Assembly (NCBI GenBank): GCA_050916045.1
Contig: CP051526.1
Coordinates: 3,872,001 to 3,936,000 of the forward strand
Length of the DNA stretch: 64,000 bases
Reading direction: 5' to 3'
Origin: Tepidisphaera sp.
GTDB lineage: Bacteria > Planctomycetota > Phycisphaerae > Phycisphaerales > UBA1924
Within the stretch, counting starts at the first letter, position 1. Each line of letters starts with the position of its first letter. The notes beneath the pieces are model-generated. The model saw only the letters and a program-made list of their open reading frames with translations, ran no database searches and had not been told where the DNA came from. Of this stretch, positions 27,876 through 37,916 are shown piece after piece. Both the position numbers and the translations under genes were made by a program.

Positions 27876-29129
27876 GTGAACCCGCCGGCTTCCAACATCC
27901 CCCCGGCCCGCGATGCCGCCGTCGCGGTCGTGCGCACCCTCCGCGAAGCCGGCCACATCGCCTACTTCGCCGGCGGCTGCGTTCGCGACGAACTCCTCGG
28001 CCGCGAGCCCAGCGATTACGACGTCGCGACCGACGCGGTGCCCGACCGCGTGCGCACGCTCTTTCGAAAAACCGCCGCCGTCGGTGCCTCGTTCGGGGTG
28101 ATTCTCGTCAAGCAGTCCGGCCATGTCATCGAGGTCGCCACGTTCCGGGCCGACGGCGCGTACTCCGATGCACGCCGCCCGGACTCCGTCCGCTTCAGCA
28201 CCCCCGAGGAAGATGCCGCTCGCCGGGATTTCACCGTCAACGCCCTCTTCCTGGACCCGCTGGACCCCGCCAGCCAGAGCGGCAAGATCATCGATTTTGT
28301 CGGCGGGGAAGCCGACGTCGGCAGACGCATCCTCCGCGCCGTGGGCGACCCCGACGCCCGCTTGGCCGAAGACCACCTGCGAGCCCTGCGGGCCGTCCGC
28401 CTCTCGGGCAAACTCGGCTTCTCGATCGAGCCCGCGACCGCGGCGGCGATCAAGCGTCATGCCGCTTCGCTGACCGGTGTCAGCCGTGAGCGCGTCGGCG
28501 ATGAGATCCGGGCGATTCTCGCGACGCCGGGCCGCGCTCGATCGATCGCCCTGCTGCACTCGCTCGGGCTTGAGCCTTCGGTGCTGGCGCTTCGCATGGT
28601 CGCCGATGACCTTCCGTTGCCGCGTCTGACCGCCTTGGACCCGCACGCTTCGGTCAACGCCGCGTTGGGCGCTTGGTGCGAGGACCTGTCACCGACGCTG
28701 GACGAAAGCACGATCCGACCGACGGTGAGCCGGGTTCGAAAGTCGCTTTGCCTCAGCAACGCCGAGGACGAAGCCCTGCTCGGCACGCTTTCCCGCCTCT
28801 GGTTCCTCCGAAGCTCTTGGGCTTTGGCCCCGGTCGCGGCCCGCAAGCGACAAGCCGCCAGCCCGGGCTTTCAGGATGCCCTCGCCGTCATCCAAGCCGA
28901 ATCGCCCCAAGCGGCGGCACAGATCCGGGCAGACGTCGCAACCCTTGAGAGCGACGGGGTGGGGCTCGCACCGGACGCACTTGTTTCGGGTGATGATCTG
29001 ATTGCCGCCGGCCACAAGCCCGGACCTCGGTTTCGTTTGGTTCTTGACCGGGTCTACGACGCCCAGCTCGAAGGCCGGGTCTCGAAAAAGGGTGCCGCGA
29101 TGGAACTCGCGAGCAGGTTGTTCGTCTGA
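27876..29129 (+). CDS. cca: CCA tRNA nucleotidyltransferase (class II)
   Basis: AGGCVRD, DYDVAT, EVATFR, RRDFTVNAL, EDHLR and SRERVGDE motifs. Confidence 0.9.
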   Translation: MNPPASNIPPARDAAVAVVRTLREAGHIAYFAGGCVRDELLGREPSDYDVATDAVPDRVRTLFRKTAAVGASFGVILVKQSGHVIEVATFRADGAYSDARRPDSVRFSTPEEDAARRDFTVNALFLDPLDPASQSGKIIDFVGGEADVGRRILRAVGDPDARLAEDHLRALRAVRLSGKLGFSIEPATAAAIKRHAASLTGVSRERVGDEIRAILATPGRARSIALLHSLGLEPSVLALRMVADDLPLPRLTALDPHASVNAALGAWCEDLSPTLDESTIRPTVSRVRKSLCLSNAEDEALLGTLSRLWFLRSSWALAPVAARKRQAASPGFQDALAVIQAESPQAAAQIRADVATLESDGVGLAPDALVSGDDLIAAGHKPGPRFRLVLDRVYDAQLEGRVSKKGAAMELASRLFV

Positions 29130-29302
29130 GTCGTCATCACGCAAAGGACCGCCAAGCCGTCTCAGCGGAACCCGTGTGATGGGCCCCTATCTCAGTAGAT
29201 GGGGCTATCGACTACACTGAGAGGTCGACGGACGATCCGTGGGTTCTTTCGGTCGTACGTATCACGAGTCCAATCCCTCTTCAGGGGAAAAGCGAGGTCG
29301 CA

Positions 29303-30775
29303 ATGAAGTTCAGCCCGGCAAAGCAGTCTCTTGGTGGACGTTTCTGGCGTGGATTGTCCGCTCTGGCGGTGGCCGCCGGCGGTGCCATGGCGTTGGTCCC
29401 CACGTCGACACTCTCGACGGCACACGCGTACGCCTTCGCGAATGAGGAGGACGTGATCATCCTCAAGGCGGGCAACGTCGAGATTCGCGGCGAGATTCTC
29501 GCGGAGACCGACACGACCATCAAGTTCAAGGGCAAGATGTCCGGGATCACGATCGAGAAGGAATTCGCCAAGAGCGACCTGGCTTCGATCACCCGCGGCA
29601 AGAAGTCCGAAGCCAAGACCGACGCGGCCCCGACGCCCGGCGCCAAGCCGAGCCAGCCCGCCACGGCTCCCAAGACCGACTCGTCGACCCCTGACGTCAG
29701 CAAGACCAACATCTACGTCATCGAGATGGTGGGCGAGTTCGGCGTGGACATCTCGCAGACCCCCATCCGCGCCGCGGTCAAGGACGCTCTCAAGAACAAA
29801 GCGGACGTGATCATCTGCGTGCTTGACAGCAAGCCTGCCGAGGACACGGGCACTCCCGCGTCCGTCGAAGAGCGCTTCGACGAGATCTTCCGGTCCGAAG
29901 CGGTCACCCCGATCTTCGTCGAAGAGATTCCGCGTGACTGGAAGCCCAAGCCCCGCATCGTCTTCTGGGTCAAGAATGCCATCGGCGGCTCGGCCATGCT
30001 CCCCTTCGTCTGCCCGGAGGTCTACATGTCCTCCGAAGCGGTCTGGGGCGGCATCGGCTACCTGACCAACCAGTTCGACGGCGTCGGCAACGCGGTGGTG
30101 CAGCACAAGCAGTACTCCCTCCGCATCGGCCACGCTCAGGGCTGGGCCAACACCGGCGGGTACAACCCCAACCTGATCAACGCGATGGCCGCGGCTCCGT
30201 ACGTGATGAGCTACAAGATCACCGGCGACAAGGTCGAGTTCTTCGAGCGGATGCCCGACCCGCTCAAGGGCGAGATCCTCCTGACCGACGACGGCGAGGG
30301 CTCCAACCGCGACTCGATCAAGGCGGTCCTGGAAAACAAGGGCGACGACTGCCTCACCCTGACGCCCAAGGTCGCCCGCGACATCAAGGTCTCCAAGGGC
30401 ACAGTCGACAATATGGACGACCTGATCTTCTCCTTGGGCTATGAGCGCACCGGCAACATCGTCGCCGGGCGTTCCAAAGCGATCATGGACGGCTGGAAGA
30501 AGGAAGTCGTCGACGCCAAGAAGAGCATCCGCCGCGCCATCGACGAGTACCTCGACGTCCGCGTCGAGGAACCGGGCGACTACGCCGCCAGGACCAAAGC
30601 CCGCGGCATCCGAAAGAACCGCATCGAACGCATCCTCTCGATCCTTGAGAAGTATGAGGAAGCGATCTCTCAGCGCTGGCGCGGTCAGAACCGTGTTCCC
30701 CCCAACGCCGCTCTCCGCCAGATCATCGACAACATCAAGACCGAGCAGATGCTCGACCGGCCGGAAGGCCGCTGA
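29303..30775 (+). CDS. Exported ClpP/crotonase-fold (NfeD N-terminal-like) protein lacking the catalytic Ser motif
   Basis: Long signal peptide; DVIICVLDS...IVFWVKNAIGGSAMLPFVCPEVYMSSEAVWGG; LTLTPKVARDIKVSKGTVDNMDDL. Confidence 0.7.
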   Translation: MKFSPAKQSLGGRFWRGLSALAVAAGGAMALVPTSTLSTAHAYAFANEEDVIILKAGNVEIRGEILAETDTTIKFKGKMSGITIEKEFAKSDLASITRGKKSEAKTDAAPTPGAKPSQPATAPKTDSSTPDVSKTNIYVIEMVGEFGVDISQTPIRAAVKDALKNKADVIICVLDSKPAEDTGTPASVEERFDEIFRSEAVTPIFVEEIPRDWKPKPRIVFWVKNAIGGSAMLPFVCPEVYMSSEAVWGGIGYLTNQFDGVGNAVVQHKQYSLRIGHAQGWANTGGYNPNLINAMAAAPYVMSYKITGDKVEFFERMPDPLKGEILLTDDGEGSNRDSIKAVLENKGDDCLTLTPKVARDIKVSKGTVDNMDDLIFSLGYERTGNIVAGRSKAIMDGWKKEVVDAKKSIRRAIDEYLDVRVEEPGDYAARTKARGIRKNRIERILSILEKYEEAISQRWRGQNRVPPNAALRQIIDNIKTEQMLDRPEGR

Positions 30776-30824
30776 TCGGGCCGCCCACCACCGAAGTTCA
30801 CAACCCAGTGAGGAAGGACCAACC

Positions 30825-32057
30825 ATGAAAGCATCGAAACTGATCACCGCGGGCTTCGCGGGACTGATGATGGCGGCCCAAGCCGTGCAGGCCGCTCCGC
30901 TTCATACGAGCGTTCCGTCGCAGCTGGTGACGGCCGCTCTCGCCCAGCCCGGCTCCGCATCGGCTCCGGCGGCGGCCCCGGCTATCGCTCCGGCGAACAA
31001 GGACGCCAAGGATGACCGCGCCACGGACGGCAAGACCAAAGCCGCGGTCATCACCTTCGGCGATGAAGAGAACGGCGACATGGTGGGCATCTACGCCACC
31101 GCCGAGTCGTTCCGCCGCACCATCCAGATGCTCAAGGATGAGAAGGTCGACATCGTCGTCGTCCGTTTCAAGTCCGGCGGCGGCATGCTTCTCGAGATTC
31201 AGAAGCTCTCCGACGTCTTCCACACCGAGTTCAAGAAGGACTTCCGACTGGTCGCCTGGATCGACTCGGCGATCTCCGCCGCGGCGATGAGCGCCCACTG
31301 CTTCGAAGAGATCTACTTCACGCCGCAGGGCAACTACGGCGCGTGCACCGGCTTCTCCGGCCGCCTCAACGCGATGAAGGGCCCGGGCCTCGAGCGCGTC
31401 CTGATGGACATGGAGAAGATCTCCGCCCGCGGCAACTACGACCCCAAGATCATGCGGGCCATGCAGATCTCGGCCATCGCCGAGGAGTGCGAAGAACTCA
31501 AAATCTCTCCGCCCTGGGGCGCCCTCTCGGCCAACGTCAACGAAGACACCGGCGAGGTCACCTTCTACCAGGACGCCACCTCCGGCAGCATCGTCCTCAA
31601 CCCTAAGGGCGGCGTTCACGTCCTGACCTTCAACGCTCTCGAAGCGGCCAAGGTGAAGTTCTCCAAGGGCACCGCGTCCACCCTCGAGGACCTCGGCAGG
31701 GCCATGGGCCTCACCGAGGTTGAGTGGGTCGGCCGTCCCGACAAGCGCTTCGTCTGGCCGGTGAGCAAGGCCGAGCAGTCTCTCCTGGACTTCCGCAAGA
31801 AGACCAAGGTCGACGAAGAGAACTTCAACCGCTACATGACCAACCTCAACAACTTCCTCAACCTCGCAGCGAACGCCCGCGACGAGGACCGCGGCAAGCT
31901 CGTCGGTCAGGCTCGCCAGTGGCTGAACCAGATCAAAGCCATGGTGAAGAACAACCCGAATTGGGCCCTCTTGAACTTCGGCGGCGACGAAGAGTTCAAT
32001 GAATGGGTCGCTCAGGTCGAAAAGGCGATCAAGCAGCTCTCCCAGCGGAACCGCTGA
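30825..32057 (+). CDS. Exported ClpP/crotonase-fold (NfeD/S49-like) serine protease homolog
   Basis: Signal peptide MKASK; DIVVVRFKSGGG...VAWIDSAISAAAMSAHCFEEIYFTPQGNYGAC; LTFNALEAAKVKFSKGTASTLEDL. Confidence 0.75.
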   Translation: MKASKLITAGFAGLMMAAQAVQAAPLHTSVPSQLVTAALAQPGSASAPAAAPAIAPANKDAKDDRATDGKTKAAVITFGDEENGDMVGIYATAESFRRTIQMLKDEKVDIVVVRFKSGGGMLLEIQKLSDVFHTEFKKDFRLVAWIDSAISAAAMSAHCFEEIYFTPQGNYGACTGFSGRLNAMKGPGLERVLMDMEKISARGNYDPKIMRAMQISAIAEECEELKISPPWGALSANVNEDTGEVTFYQDATSGSIVLNPKGGVHVLTFNALEAAKVKFSKGTASTLEDLGRAMGLTEVEWVGRPDKRFVWPVSKAEQSLLDFRKKTKVDEENFNRYMTNLNNFLNLAANARDEDRGKLVGQARQWLNQIKAMVKNNPNWALLNFGGDEEFNEWVAQVEKAIKQLSQRNR

Positions 32058-32096
32058 GCAGCGCCCGCAGGGGCCTGCCCCTCCAGAACAGTCTGC

Positions 32097-32132
32097 AAAG
32101 GCCCCGGGACACGCGTCCGGGGCCTTTTTCTT
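32097..32132 (+). terminator. Intrinsic terminator
   Basis: aaaggccccgg...ccggggcctttttctt. Confidence 0.8.
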
Positions 32133-32246
32133 GCGCCGGGCCGCTCCCGAAGCCCCGCCCGAACCCCTGAAACCCGTCTTGGCGAGTTCCCAAATACGAT
32201 CCGTGGTCCCCGCCGCTTCCGTGGTCGGGGCAATTGGAGCGTTCCG

Positions 32247-32633
32247 GTGTCGATCCCGCATGCAAGCCAGGATTCGCTGATCCCCACGCAGGAGTGGGAA
32301 CGCAACCACGCGCTCTGGACGCAGCTTTCGCTCGTGCTGGCGTTCGTTCCCGGTGTGGGCACCGTGCTTGCGATCGGTGCGACGCTGCTGCTTTGGCTGA
32401 TGAAGCGGGACACGTCGCGGTTCGTTGATGACCACGGCCGGGAAGTCATGAACTTCCAGATCTCGTTTCTGATCTACAGCATTGTGTGCTTCCCGCTCTA
32501 TTTCATACTGATCGGGATCCCGATCATCCTGGCGGTGTACATCGCGGCGGTCGTGGGGCTGATCCGCGGAGCGGTCGCCGCCCACCGCGGGGACGTCTTC
32601 CGGTACCCGATCTGCCTTCGGTTCATCCGCTAA
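32247..32633 (+). CDS. DUF4870-like membrane protein
   Basis: LWLMKRDTSRFVDDHGREVMNFQIS...G.VFRYPICLRFI pattern. Confidence 0.85.
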   Translation: MSIPHASQDSLIPTQEWERNHALWTQLSLVLAFVPGVGTVLAIGATLLLWLMKRDTSRFVDDHGREVMNFQISFLIYSIVCFPLYFILIGIPIILAVYIAAVVGLIRGAVAAHRGDVFRYPICLRFIR

Positions 32634-32662
32634 GCCTCCGTCTGGCCGCGTAGACTGCGCCC

Positions 32663-33430
32663 GTGGCACTGCTTGAAGCCCATGAACTCCGCAAGTCCTT
32701 CGCCGGCCGGACGGTCGTCGACGGGGTCTCGTTTTCCGTCGAGCGAGCCCGCGTGGTCGGCCTTCTCGGCCGGAACGGTGCCGGCAAGACCACCAGCTTT
32801 CGGATGACGATCGGCATGATCGACGCCGACGGTGGCCGTGTGCTCTTTGATGGCAAGGACGTCAGCGGCCTGCCGATGTACCGCCGGGCCCGAAGCGGCA
32901 TGGGATACCTCAGCCAGGAGCCGAGCGTCTTCCAGCGGCTCACCTGCGAGCAGAACCTGATGGCGATCCTCGAGACGCAGCCGCTCACGCGAACCGAGCG
33001 TCTGGCCCGGGCCAAGCAGCTTCTCGATCAGTTCGGCCTGGCTCACAAAGCCAATCACGCGGCGCGGACCTGCTCGGGGGGCGAACGCCGCAAGCTCGAG
33101 ATCGCCCGGGCTCTGGTGACCAAGCCGAGCCTGATCCTGCTCGACGAGCCGTTCAGCGGCGTGGACCCCATCGCGGTGGAGGACCTCCAGAAGGAGATCC
33201 GCACGCTTGCAGCGACGGGGATCGCGTTCCTGATCACCGACCACAACGTGCAGCAGACGCTCCGTGTGTGCGACTCGGCTTGCATCGTCGATTCCGGCCG
33301 CGTGCTCTTCCGCGGAACACCGAAGGAACTGATCAACGACCCGCGGGTGAAGCAAGCGTACCTTGGCGGGCTTTTCCGCGGGGACGAGTTCGACGACCAG
33401 CCCGCGGCGGCGACGGGAGGCCGCTCATGA
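32663..33430 (+). CDS. lptB: LPS export ABC transporter ATP-binding protein
   Basis: GRNGAGKTT, LPMYRRARSGMGYLSQEPSVF, SGGERRKLEIARAL, LDEPFSGVDP and ITDHNV motifs. Confidence 0.92.
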   Translation: MALLEAHELRKSFAGRTVVDGVSFSVERARVVGLLGRNGAGKTTSFRMTIGMIDADGGRVLFDGKDVSGLPMYRRARSGMGYLSQEPSVFQRLTCEQNLMAILETQPLTRTERLARAKQLLDQFGLAHKANHAARTCSGGERRKLEIARALVTKPSLILLDEPFSGVDPIAVEDLQKEIRTLAATGIAFLITDHNVQQTLRVCDSACIVDSGRVLFRGTPKELINDPRVKQAYLGGLFRGDEFDDQPAAATGGRS

Positions 33431-33882
33431 CCGGACGGATGGCGATGATGACGATCCTGTCGCTGGCGGCCGCGTGCGGCGGGTGCGCCGAGCGCCGGCT
33501 GGCGATCACGTCGGAACCGGCGGGCGCGACCGTGTGGGTCAACGATGTCGAGGTGGGGCGCACGCCGGTCGAGGTCAACTTCACGCACTACGGCACGTAC
33601 GACGTGCGGCTCCGCTTGGACGGGTACGAGCCCATCGCGACCAGCGCCCAGGCGAAAGCTCCGTGGTACGAGTTCGTCGGAGCGGACCTCGTGACCGAAG
33701 CGATCCCGTTCGGGGAGCGCGGCGGCGTCATGACCCGCGTCTCGTGGAATTTCGCCATGAAGCCGGCCCTCGAGCGGGTCGAAGACCGGAAAGCGTTCGA
33801 AGCCGACCTGCTCGAACGAGCCAAAGCCCTCAAGTCCCGGCTTTCGCCGGCTGATCCGGGCGGATCCGCGCCGGACCGCTAA
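33427..33882 (+). CDS. PEGA-domain lipoprotein
   Basis: CGG-C lipobox; ITSEPAGATVWVNDVEVGRTP; start overlaps the lptB stop (ATGA). Confidence 0.85.
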   Translation: MTGRMAMMTILSLAAACGGCAERRLAITSEPAGATVWVNDVEVGRTPVEVNFTHYGTYDVRLRLDGYEPIATSAQAKAPWYEFVGADLVTEAIPFGERGGVMTRVSWNFAMKPALERVEDRKAFEADLLERAKALKSRLSPADPGGSAPDR

Positions 33883-34510
33883 GCCCGATCGGCCGGGCCG
33901 GCGACCCCGCCACCTTCATGCCCGCCGCGATCTCGCGGATCACAACCGCCCCCGCGCCAATCACCGCATCCGCGCCGATGCTGACATTGGGGAGCACACG
34001 CGATCCCAAGCCCACGAGCGTCCCGGGCCCGACAATGACCCGCCCGCCGAGCACCGCTCCGGGAGCGACATGCGCGTTGGCGCCGACATGGCACTCGTGC
34101 TCGACGATCGCGCCGCTGTTGATGATCGCGTGATCGCCGACGACCGCGAAGGAATGAACCAGGGCCGTGGGCCCGATGTAGACGCCGCGACCGACCGTCG
34201 CCGAGGAGTGCACCACCGCCGAGGGATGAACGATCGGCGGAGCGACCGACCGCGAGCCGCTTCTCGCGAGTCTGGCCAGAAGCCGGGCCCGAAGCGGGAT
34301 GTCCCCCACCGCGAGGATGGACGCGACCCTCCCCGTGCCCGCAAGCCCGTCCTCGAACCCGCCCAGTCTCGGGATCGCCAGTAGGCGCGAAGCCGGCGGT
34401 TCCGGGTGATCGTCGTACAGGCCGACCACGCGAAAGCCCGCCAGCAAAGCCGCTTCGGCGACGACCAAAGCGTGCCCGCCCCCGCCCAGCATGACGATCG
34501 ACTCGGCCAT
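33830..34510 (-). CDS. NeuD/PglD family sugar acetyltransferase
   Basis: GGGGHA, hexapeptide repeats, IVEHEC.VG and VAGSPARPI. Confidence 0.88.
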   Translation of the reverse strand: MAESIVMLGGGGHALVVAEAALLAGFRVVGLYDDHPEPPASRLLAIPRLGGFEDGLAGTGRVASILAVGDIPLRARLLARLARSGSRSVAPPIVHPSAVVHSSATVGRGVYIGPTALVHSFAVVGDHAIINSGAIVEHECHVGANAHVAPGAVLGGRVIVGPGTLVGLGSRVLPNVSIGADAVIGAGAVVIREIAAGMKVAGSPARPIGLSGPARIRPDQPAKAGT

Positions 34511-34560
34511 GTTTCAAGTATCGGACGCGCTGCGGGGGGTGGCTGCAACTAGACTAGAGA

Positions 34561-35370
34561 ATGGAAAGCGTTCGGATCGGGGTGGTCCGGTATCTCAACA
34601 CAGCACCGCTGATCGAGGGCTTGGATCGCGTCCAGGGCCTGACGGTCGTGCCCGCGGTGCCCGCCGGGCTCGCCGGCATGCTCCGGACGGGAGCGGTGGA
34701 CATCGCTTTGGCGTCGATCGTGGATCTGGCCGGGGGCGGGGGCGTGCCGCTCACGGTGCTCCCAGTGGGCATGATCGGCTGCGACGGGCCGACGCTCACG
34801 GTGCGCGTGTTCTCGCGCGTCCCGATGTCGGAAGTCACCGAGATCCACGCCGACACGGAGAGCCACACGTCCGTGATCCTCTGCAAGCTTCTGTTCCACA
34901 AGCTGCACGGCCGCGAGGTCACGCTGGTGCCGTACAAGCCGGGTGGCGCTCGGCCGGTAACGGTGCTTCTGATCGGGGACAAGGTCGTGACCGATCAGGC
35001 CGCGACGGCGGGATATGAGCACCACCTCGACCTGGGCGAAGCGTGGCACGGGCTGACAGGCTTGCCCTTTGTGTACGCTGCGTGGGCTTGCAGGACCGCC
35101 GAAGCGGGCCAAAGCCGGATCCGCGACGCGGCGGTGCTTCTGGATCGGCAGCGGCGTCACAACCGGACGCGGCTTGACTGGATCGTCTCCGCGCGGGCGT
35201 CCGCGGCGGGATGGCCGGCGGATCTGGCGGCGAAGTACCTGGGCCGACTGCTGAGGTACGACCTGGGAGAGCGCGAACGGCGGGCGGCGGACCTGTTCAT
35301 CCGCGAAGCGTCGTCGCGAGGGTTGCTGGGCTCGGGCGAATTCTCCCTGACCTGGGACCGTGGGGACTGA
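34561..35370 (+). CDS. mqnA: Chorismate dehydratase (futalosine menaquinone pathway)
   Basis: IGVVRYLNTAPL, SHTSV, LLIGD and DLGEAWHGLTGLPFVYAAW motifs. Confidence 0.88.
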   Translation: MESVRIGVVRYLNTAPLIEGLDRVQGLTVVPAVPAGLAGMLRTGAVDIALASIVDLAGGGGVPLTVLPVGMIGCDGPTLTVRVFSRVPMSEVTEIHADTESHTSVILCKLLFHKLHGREVTLVPYKPGGARPVTVLLIGDKVVTDQAATAGYEHHLDLGEAWHGLTGLPFVYAAWACRTAEAGQSRIRDAAVLLDRQRRHNRTRLDWIVSARASAAGWPADLAAKYLGRLLRYDLGERERRAADLFIREASSRGLLGSGEFSLTWDRGD

Positions 35371-35373
35371 CCG

Positions 35374-37056
35374 ATGCCTCCGCTTCCGCGCATCCGGGTT
35401 CCGATGCTGGCGGAACTCGCCCGCGAGCTTCGGTATGCGCCGCGGGCGGCGCTGCTTCGGGCCGCCGAACGAGCCGAGTCGCTCGCGGCCGCGCTGAGCC
35501 CCGGATCCGTCGTGCCCGCCGAGTGGGTCGTCTTCAAGATCACGGGATACAGACCGGAGCGATGGCCGGAGGAACCCGGTCTCATCGCGGCCGACGGCGG
35601 GGACGTGCGGGCCGGGCTTTCTGCGCTCGTCGAGTTCCTCACCCATCAAGCGGCGTGGACGATCGGCGAAGCGACCGCCGCGCACGCCGTCACCCGCGCC
35701 GAGCTCGCCAGATCCTGGAGCGTCAGCGAGAAGACCATCGACCGCTTCCGCGCCGAAGGCCTCATCGCGCGGCGGGCACTCCGCGAGGACGGCAAGCCGG
35801 TGCTCGTGTTCCTCCCCGGTCCCGTCGCGTGGTCGCAGCAAGCGTTCGCGACTCGCCTTGTCGAGCCCGTGCGCCCTGCGCGGATGACCCAGGCCGAGCG
35901 CGCGCGGCTGGTCCGCCTCGCCGAGCGCTGCCGCCGCCGGTTCGGGTGCTCCCTCAATCAGACCGCCAAAGCCCTCGCACCGCGGGTGGACCGGAGTTTG
36001 GAAGCCGTGCGCCAAGTCCTCCGCGCCGAGGACGAGCGGCGAAGCCGCGAGCGACTGCCGCTGATCTTCGGCGACCCTCCACCGCTTGAAGCACGACACT
36101 CGCGCTGGATGTTCCGTGCGTGGAAGCGGGGAGCCGAGCCTTCCGATCTTGCCGAGCACGCTCGCTGCTCGCGAGCGGCGGCACAGCGAGCGATCAACTT
36201 GCGCCGAGCGGCTCTTCTGGCCGGCGTCGCGATGCCGGGCGGCAAGCCGTTATCGCTCGCGGAGCTTGACAAGAGTGGTGACTCCGTCACCGATTCGTTC
36301 GGCCAGCCGGGCCCGACCGATCTGGCGGCGCTGGTCGCTTCCGCCCGCGTTCGGACGGTAATGGGCCCCAAGCAGGAGCACACGCTTCTTCAGCGATACG
36401 CGTCGCTTCGGCTGACCGCGACGGCGTGGACCGGGAGCACACCGCACGCCAACCCTCAGTCCGAACCGCTTGATGTCGCCGAGACGTGTCTTCGGTGGGC
36501 TTCGCTGGTCAAGGTCGAGCTCATGCGGCCGCTGCTGACGCTTGCCGTCGAAACGGTGGAAGCGGTGCTCGAGCGGCCGATCGAGACGCTTGGCGCGACG
36601 GATGTTTCCGAGCTTCTGAGGATTCAGCTGAGCGTGCTCGCCGAGTCGATCGATCACGCGGATCCGTCGCGGACGGGACGACTCGCGGGCGCGGCCGCGC
36701 TCGCGCTCAGCACCGCGGCATCTCGATGGGCGAAGACCAGAGCCCGAGCGTCGACGAAAGCTGGTTCACGGGCGTCCGTGTCGCTTCCGGCTGGTCTCGC
36801 GACGCCCGATTGGACGCGGAACGTGGCATCGTGGCAGGGGTGGCTCGAACCCGACGCGCGGATCCGCGGGCAGCTTGATCGCATGCCGGCGCAGAGCGCC
36901 GCTCTGCTCCGACTGCGGTTCGGTTGGTCGGGCGAGCGACCGCGGACGCAGACGGAAGCCGCGGCGAGTCTGGGGCTCTCCCGCATCGCGCTGCCTCGGG
37001 CCGAGCGCGCGGCGATCCGGCTGGGTCTGGAACTTGCTCGCGGGATCAAGTCATGA
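35374..37056 (+). CDS. Degenerate planctomycete-type long sigma70-family protein with an internal HTH
   Basis: ELRYAP...FKITGYRPE N-terminus; HTH ELARSWSVSEKTIDRFRAEGL; region-4-like LRLRFGW...RTQTEAAASLGLSR. Confidence 0.6.
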   Translation: MPPLPRIRVPMLAELARELRYAPRAALLRAAERAESLAAALSPGSVVPAEWVVFKITGYRPERWPEEPGLIAADGGDVRAGLSALVEFLTHQAAWTIGEATAAHAVTRAELARSWSVSEKTIDRFRAEGLIARRALREDGKPVLVFLPGPVAWSQQAFATRLVEPVRPARMTQAERARLVRLAERCRRRFGCSLNQTAKALAPRVDRSLEAVRQVLRAEDERRSRERLPLIFGDPPPLEARHSRWMFRAWKRGAEPSDLAEHARCSRAAAQRAINLRRAALLAGVAMPGGKPLSLAELDKSGDSVTDSFGQPGPTDLAALVASARVRTVMGPKQEHTLLQRYASLRLTATAWTGSTPHANPQSEPLDVAETCLRWASLVKVELMRPLLTLAVETVEAVLERPIETLGATDVSELLRIQLSVLAESIDHADPSRTGRLAGAAALALSTAASRWAKTRARASTKAGSRASVSLPAGLATPDWTRNVASWQGWLEPDARIRGQLDRMPAQSAALLRLRFGWSGERPRTQTEAAASLGLSRIALPRAERAAIRLGLELARGIKS

Positions 37057-37916
37057 ACGCCCGCCCGGACACCGTGCTCATCCACCCGGGCGGAGCTTTG
37101 GGCGACTTTGTCCTGACCTGGCCCCTCGCACGCTCGCTCGTCGCGTCCGGCCGTCGAGTGCGGGTCGTTTCCGCGGCTTCCAAGGCCGAGCTGACCGCCG
37201 CCGCCCTCGGCGTGGACGCGGCCGCGGATCACTTGCCACCATGGTCCGGTCTTTGGCGGGGCGACATGAAAGCCCAGCCCTTCCCTTCGGTCGAGTTCGT
37301 CGTCGCGTTCGGTAAGCGTTCCCAACCGTGGCTGACGGCGACAGCTCAACTCTTCCCAAGCTCGCGGGTCGAAGTCGAGCGGCGGCTGGTGGACCGGACG
37401 GTCGCCATCGAGCTCGCCGAACGCTTCGCCGCCCGTGTGGTGCTTCATCCCCCCGTGACGCCTCACCCCGCCGGCCCGGTCGTGATGCATGTCGGCTCCG
37501 GCGGGATCGCCAAGCAGTGGCCGCTCCCCGCGTGGCTCTCGCTGAAGCAGAAGCTCGAAGCTGCCGGCTTTCAGGTGCGCCTGATCGCGGGGGAAGCCGA
37601 GCACGAGCGCTTTCGCGACGCCGATCGGGCACGCTTCGCCGGCGCGGGCGGCCAGTTCGTCGAAGCGATTCAGGACCTAGCCGAGATCGTTGGACAAGCT
37701 CGGGCGTTCATCGGCGCGGACAGCGGCCCCTCGCACCTCGCCGCGCAGCTCGGAACTCCCACGCTCGCCCTCTTCGGACCGACGGATCCGCATCGCTGGT
37801 CGCCGATCGGCCCGCGGGTTTCTGTGGTGCAAGCGCCGGAAGGGACGATGAACGCTCTGACGGTCGAAACCGTGTGGGAAAGCCTTTCAGGCCTGATCGC
37901 CCAGGAGCAAGCGTGA
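37053..37916 (+). CDS. Glycosyltransferase family 9 (heptosyltransferase-like)
   Basis: GALGDFV, HVGSG..KQWP and FIGADSGPSHLAA..LFGPT motifs. Confidence 0.9.
   Translation: MNARPDTVLIHPGGALGDFVLTWPLARSLVASGRRVRVVSAASKAELTAAALGVDAAADHLPPWSGLWRGDMKAQPFPSVEFVVAFGKRSQPWLTATAQLFPSSRVEVERRLVDRTVAIELAERFAARVVLHPPVTPHPAGPVVMHVGSGGIAKQWPLPAWLSLKQKLEAAGFQVRLIAGEAEHERFRDADRARFAGAGGQFVEAIQDLAEIVGQARAFIGADSGPSHLAAQLGTPTLALFGPTDPHRWSPIGPRVSVVQAPEGTMNALTVETVWESLSGLIAQEQA

Noticed and set aside
27621..28646. 5' extension making the GACC protein 859 aa
   Set aside because: Antisense to cca; the signal peptide starts at 27620.
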